From the NCBI RefSeq assembly GCF_009914755.1, contig NC_060927.1: a DNA stretch of 64,000 bases; one strand, given 5' to 3'. Shown in pieces: positions 58,615 to 64,000 of the stretch. Position 1 is the stretch's first letter. Each line of letters opens with the position of its first letter. Under the pieces are notes generated by a model. The model saw nothing but the letters and a program-made list of their open reading frames with translations. It searched no databases and had not been told where the DNA came from. Position numbers and translations under genes: made by a program. The DNA comes from the human T2T-CHM13v2.0 reference genome, Homo sapiens.

Positions 58615-58830
58615 AGCATGAAACAGTAGAAATAAACACAAGATTGAGAGTTAGAGGATCTAAGGTCTAGGCCTTCCACCAGGTTAATACTGGTGTGATC
58701 TTCAGCAAATTAACCTCTTAGAACCTATGTTTCTTCATCTGTAAAATTGGGCTAATATAATCTCACATGATAATAATAAAATATTATCATGTTTGGGGAA
58801 GTCCTTAGAGATCATATTGCAAATGCTAGT
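58615..58830 (+). mobile_element. MIR
   Basis: gtgtgatcttcagcaaattaacctct...gtttcttcatctgtaaaattggg. Confidence 0.75.
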
Positions 58831-58896
58831 TAATGCCACTAGTGATGAATGAGAACAGATTTGGACCTTGTCTATCCCTTAAACCAGTGTAAAGTA

Positions 58897-59332
58897 CAGC
58901 TGACCCTTGCACAACATGGGGGTTAGGGATGCCAACTCTCTGTGCAGTCTAAAATTAGCATAAAACTTTTGATTCCCCAAAAATCTTAACTACTAATAGC
59001 CTATTGTTGACCAGAAGCCTTACTGATTACATAAACAGTCAATCAACACATATTTTGTATGTTATGTGTATTTATACTGTATTCTTAAGACTAAGCTAGA
59101 GAAAAAAATTTATGAAAATCATAAAAAAGAAAAAATATATTTACTGTATTAAATGGAAGTGGACCATCATAAAGGTCTTCATCCTCATTGTCTTTACTTT
59201 GAGTAGGCTGAACAGACTGCTGAAGAGGAGAGGAGGAGCTGGTCTTGCTGTCTCAGGGGTGTCAGAGACAGAAGAAAGTGCACATATAAATGGACCCATG
59301 CAGTTAAACCTCTGTTGTTTAAGGGTCAGCCG
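58897..59332 (-). mobile_element. Tigger2a/MER28, opposite orientation to the 40422 copy
   Basis: TA-cagctgacccttgcacaac ... gttgtttaagggtcagccg-TA. Confidence 0.88.
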
Positions 59333-59705
59333 TATTCTAACTTAGTCTTTTCGTGGCATACAGTGTTTGGGAAGGCAGAGGGGAAGTTTTTAAAGTGATC
59401 TTCAGCAGCTTTGAAAAGTCTAGCAACATCTATTTGATAAAACACCCACTCTGAGCTCAGTTTGCCTTTGCTCATCTCTGCATGAGGTGATGCAGGACAG
59501 TGGATGTGGGAGGGTAGGCTATGTGTATGCATGAGTGAATGAGTGTCGCTGTGTGTTGCAAAACCAAAAGTTACTACCTCCTCCTCCATAACCCATACGT
59601 TAATTATTTCAATCAAAGAAAGAGGATAAAATAAGAAAAAACATTACTATTTAGCAGAAAAATATAATAATACAAAAGAATTAGGATAGAAAATTGGTAG
59701 TAGTA

Positions 59706-60042
<337 letters not shown>

Positions 60043-60047
60043 CTACA

Positions 60048-60414
60048 CAGAAGCTTCCTGACTTCAGATGGTTTAATTTAGTACTTTTTGACTTTATGAT
60101 GGTGCAAAAGTGATACACATTCAGTAAAATCTGTACTTCACATACACCCATTCTGTTTTTCATTTTCAGTATAGTATTCACTAAATTACATGAGATTCAA
60201 CACTTTATTCCCTTTATTATAAAATATACTTTGTGTTAGATGACTTTGTCCAACTACAGGCTAATGTAAGTGTTCCGAGCATATATAAGTTAGGCTAAAC
60301 TAAGCTATGATGTTCAGTAGGTTAGGTGTATTAAATGAATTTTCACCTTAGGATATTTTCAATTTACAGTGGGTTTATCAGGATGTAATCTCATTCTAAG
60401 TCGAGGAGCATCTG
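60048..60414 (-). mobile_element. MER47A-like Tigger DNA transposon
   Basis: Ends taagtcgaggagcatctg; internal taagctatgatgttcagtaggttaggtgtattaaatg. Confidence 0.82.
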
Positions 60415-61679
60415 CACTAACATGCTCATTTGCTTCAACTGTTTAGCTTCTTTCTATTCTATCTTAGTTTTGACTTCCTCACATTCTTGATTCAGCTCTC
60501 CCAGTTTTAGGAGGTAGTTAATTATTAGTTAGAAGATATCTTGGTCTCTAGAGAGGTTAATTTGTCTTTAATGCTCCTTCACTGATAAATCAGCCTGAGT
60601 GACTTAATGACAATTACTGCTATTTGTAGCGTCTAAACTTCTATTAATAAAAAAAACAATTAATGAAAAAAACACTTAGACATTTTTCTAAAATCATTGC
60701 CTCAGAATTTTTTCACCCTCTCCTTTTTCTCTTTCTCTCTCTCTTCCCCTTTAATACATATATACCTTAATGCCTTGCCTATCCATGAATTCAGCTATCT
60801 AGCAACCTGGAATTCAGCAAAGAAATGGGAAGTGAGCAAAAACCATGTGTGTGCAACCCTACCGTGTCACAGAACTGTGGACAAGTCCATACAACAGAGG
60901 CTTTCAGTTCTCACCTAGAATCTATATATTTTTATTTTATATAGTTCTGACTCATTAGGTTATATTTTCCAATGTGGTATTTCCTTTTATAAAATTATCT
61001 GACTTAAAATGTTATACTTTAATTGCAGAAATGAACAGAAATATGTAGAACAGTATAATATGAGAATAATAATTGTCAGTAATCTTACTATTGTAAACAC
61101 TTTGGTATATTTTCCTCACTCTAAGCATTTTAAAAATGTAGTTGATATCTGGTAGTTTTATTGTGATTTTATATCCTGCTTTTTGCATTTAACATTATTA
61201 CATAAGCACTTCCTTATTTCATTAAAGCCTCTTCATGTGAAGATAATTTTAATGGCTACATCATATTCTATTTGAAAGTACCACTCACTAAATATTCTCT
61301 TATGTTGGACATTTTCATTTTTGTTTTGCTCTTATGAATAATGCTGCAAGAAATATGGGATTCATTTGTCTGCATTTTATATTACTCTAGAGGATAGACT
61401 TCAGAAAACATAAGAGTTTAGAATTGAAATGAGAAGGTGGGGAAGGGGATGATACTTGGAGCAGCATCACTGAAAACAGTAAGTAGTGAGAGCAAAGAGT
61501 AAATCCATAAAAAGCACTTAGCAGATTCCTGACATTGCACTACACTCAAAGTCACATTAGCATTCACAGACTGTGAGTTCACATTGTTGAACTTCACAAT
61601 AGTGACCTTGATTCACAGAGAAAAGGTTCAATAATGTTTTTTATATTCTGTATATAAAAGCAGGAATTACGTAAACCAG

Positions 61680-62397
61680 TGTATTAATCCAGTCAGCCTG
61701 TGATATGGTTTGGCTGTGTCCCCACTCAAATCTCATCTTGAATTGTAGCTCCCATAATCCCCATGTGTCATAGGAGGGACCAGGTGGGAGGTAATTGAAT
61801 CATGGGGGTGGGTTTTTCCTGTGCTGTTTTTGTGGTAGTGAATAAATCACACAAGATCTGATGGTTTTATAAAGGGAAGTTCCCCTGCACATGCTCTTCT
61901 CGTATGCCACCATGTAAGACATGCCTTTGCTCCTCTTTCACCTTCTGCTATGATTGTGAGGCCTCCTCAGCCATGTGGAACTGTGAATCCATTAAACCTC
62001 TTTTTCTTTATAATTACCCAGTCTTGGGTATTTCTTCATAGCAGTATGAAAATGGACTAATACACCCTGCTTTAACAAAATACCATAGACTGGGTGGCTG
62101 ATAAACTACAGAACTTTATTTCTCACAGTTCTGTAGGCTGTGAGGTCCAAGGTCAAGGCACCAGCAGATATGGTGTCTATAAGGGCCTGGTTCCTCATAG
62201 ATGGTTGTCTTTTCACTGTAACCTTACATGGCAGGAGGGCTGAGAGATTTATCTGGGGCCTCTTTTATAAGGGCACTAATTCCATTCACGAGGGGTTCAC
62301 CCCTTTGATCTAATCAGCATCCCCCACCTCATAATACCATCACCATGAGGATTAGTTTTCAACATATGAATTTTGGGAGGACACAAACATTTAGACC
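61680..62397 (-). mobile_element. MLT1A-like LTR interrupted by a THE1 LTR
   Basis: aacaaaataccatagactgggtggc...ttttataagggcactaat...caacatatgaattttgggaggacacaaacatt. Confidence 0.82.
61701..62064 (+). mobile_element. THE1B/C solo LTR
   Basis: tgatatggtttggctgtgtcccc...ggactaataca; near-TSD gcctg/ccctg. Confidence 0.92.
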
Positions 62398-62479
62398 CCC
62401 TTTCTAACATTAGTTTAGAAAGTTTTTCATTCAAATGGTTTATATTTTGATAATTTCAAGAACTGATATGTTTTGTGGT

Positions 62480-62650
62480 ATAGTTGAAAGAAAACTTGGA
62501 ACCAAAAGATCCAGATTCTATTTCTAGTCTAGCTCTACTGCCAACCATATACGTGACCTTGAGCAAGTCACAAACCTTCCTAAAGCCCATTTTCCTATAA
62601 ACTGATGGCATGAACAGGACCTCATAGATGTCTTCTAGTTCTAAAACTAT
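62480..62650 (+). mobile_element. MIR
   Basis: ctctactgcca...gtgaccttgagcaagtcacaaacc...tttcctataaa. Confidence 0.7.
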
Positions 62651-64000
62651 GCTTTGGGTCTTATGACAATGGAACACTCAAATAGCTATAATATCTGCAA
62701 GGCTTCCTGTAGCTATGGCTTTTCTGCTTTTTCTATTCGTTTTCTTCTTTCTCCTTACACAGCCACATAATTTGTACCTAATTTCTGACCAAAAGAAGAC
62801 CATCACTCAGCTTTCATAGCATCTGCTCATGAATATTCCCAGGCATATTTTTATTGGTGGGATGGGGAGTGAGACTGTATGAGTCAAGCAAAAGTAGATT
62901 TTGGAATAAGAGGTTCTAAGCTATCATTCATGGATCCTCATTAAGATAGTTTAGACCTTTTATTGTATTAGCATGTATTAATACTAAGCAAAATCCAGAG
63001 TAACAAGTAAGGTGTGGTTTATATTTGATCTATTAATGTTTTTATTTAATTGAAGTACAAGTTTTCGTACACTTCAGTAGATTGGGTTTAACACAGAGAA
63101 GTTTTCAAGGAAAGCAATGGCATAATTTGAGATGAAGAGATCAAAATAGCATTTTACACTGTCCAAAGCATCATCAACCTAAATATTTATTATGTGTCAT
63201 AGTGGGCAAAAGTCAAAGGGTTAAAATACCAAGAGAGGGAATCTTTCCTCATATTTATTTTTATGCTGGAGTATTATTTATGTTTCTGTAGCTAATCTCA
63301 AATTCTGTTTTTAATTATTTTTGAGTTTGGGCATGAATAAATATTCCCTACATATTCCTTTGTTAAGGATATGGTTTGTAATGCCCTGTGTTTGAGGGAA
63401 TTATGAGGAGAGTAGGCCCATTTATTTGAGAGTGATATTTTCTGTCACAGGCTCAAGAACCCTAAGCCATGGGAGCGGAAGTCTGGAAACAGGAGTGAAG
63501 AGCTGCATATTTTTCCCTTTGGGAAAAGCTGAGTACACCTGCAATGGGTAGAATGCTCAATGGTAGCATCTTGTTGCAGGCCTCAAGATAGTTGCCTAAG
63601 CTGCTGCTTAGATCTCCTTCTCAGAGTTCTCAGACCAGCAAGGGCTTTCTGTTCTTACAGTTTGGCTAGAAACCTATACAGCCTTCCAATGAGCACATGC
63701 TTCTGCAATGTGGAAAATGCACTTACACGTAGAAAGTGAACCAGATGGTGCACATGAGGGAAGAAGAGAGCTCAGCTGGCTGTTTCTTGTGTTCCTTTGG
63801 GTATCAGAGTTGGGAGCCTGCATATTCATTTATAAGTGTCAGGCAGTCACATACAGCTTTCCCAGAGGAGGTGAGAAAGGAGGAGCAGCATTAATTTCTC
63901 AGCTTTTGCTTTATGATTCCCTGATGTAGCTCTACCTGCAGGTGAAAGCTACCTGTGGTGAAGACACACCAAGCACTATAATTTTTGGAAAAATAGCTTT

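Overview
Human (primate) genomic DNA, AT-rich and repeat-dense, not prokaryotic. The only protein-coding exon I can support is a 175-nt internal exon at 56471-56645 (+). It translates to TAAEYVKSRLPEALKQHLQDYEKDKENSVLSYQTILEQQILSIDREMLEKLTVSYDEA(G), which I recognise as exon 2 of PPM1L (PP2C-epsilon). The window is therefore the last ~56 kb of PPM1L intron 1, exon 2, and the start of intron 2. The rest is mostly transposon-derived: Alus, a 5'-inverted L1PA, a full THE1A provirus with a nearly intact MaLR ORF, nested MaLR LTRs, Tigger/MER DNA transposons, L2/MIR, a 16S-rRNA NUMT and simple repeats. The supplied ORFs are almost all repeat artefacts. I found no convincing previously undescribed gene system. 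The best leads are a decayed PNMA-like Gypsy gag relic, a convergent pair of CTCF-like sites with upstream motifs, candidate recursive, poison and micro-exons, and several insertion or repair scars. Repeat subfamily names and comparisons to reference sequences are from memory of consensus sequences and need RepeatMasker/BLAST confirmation.
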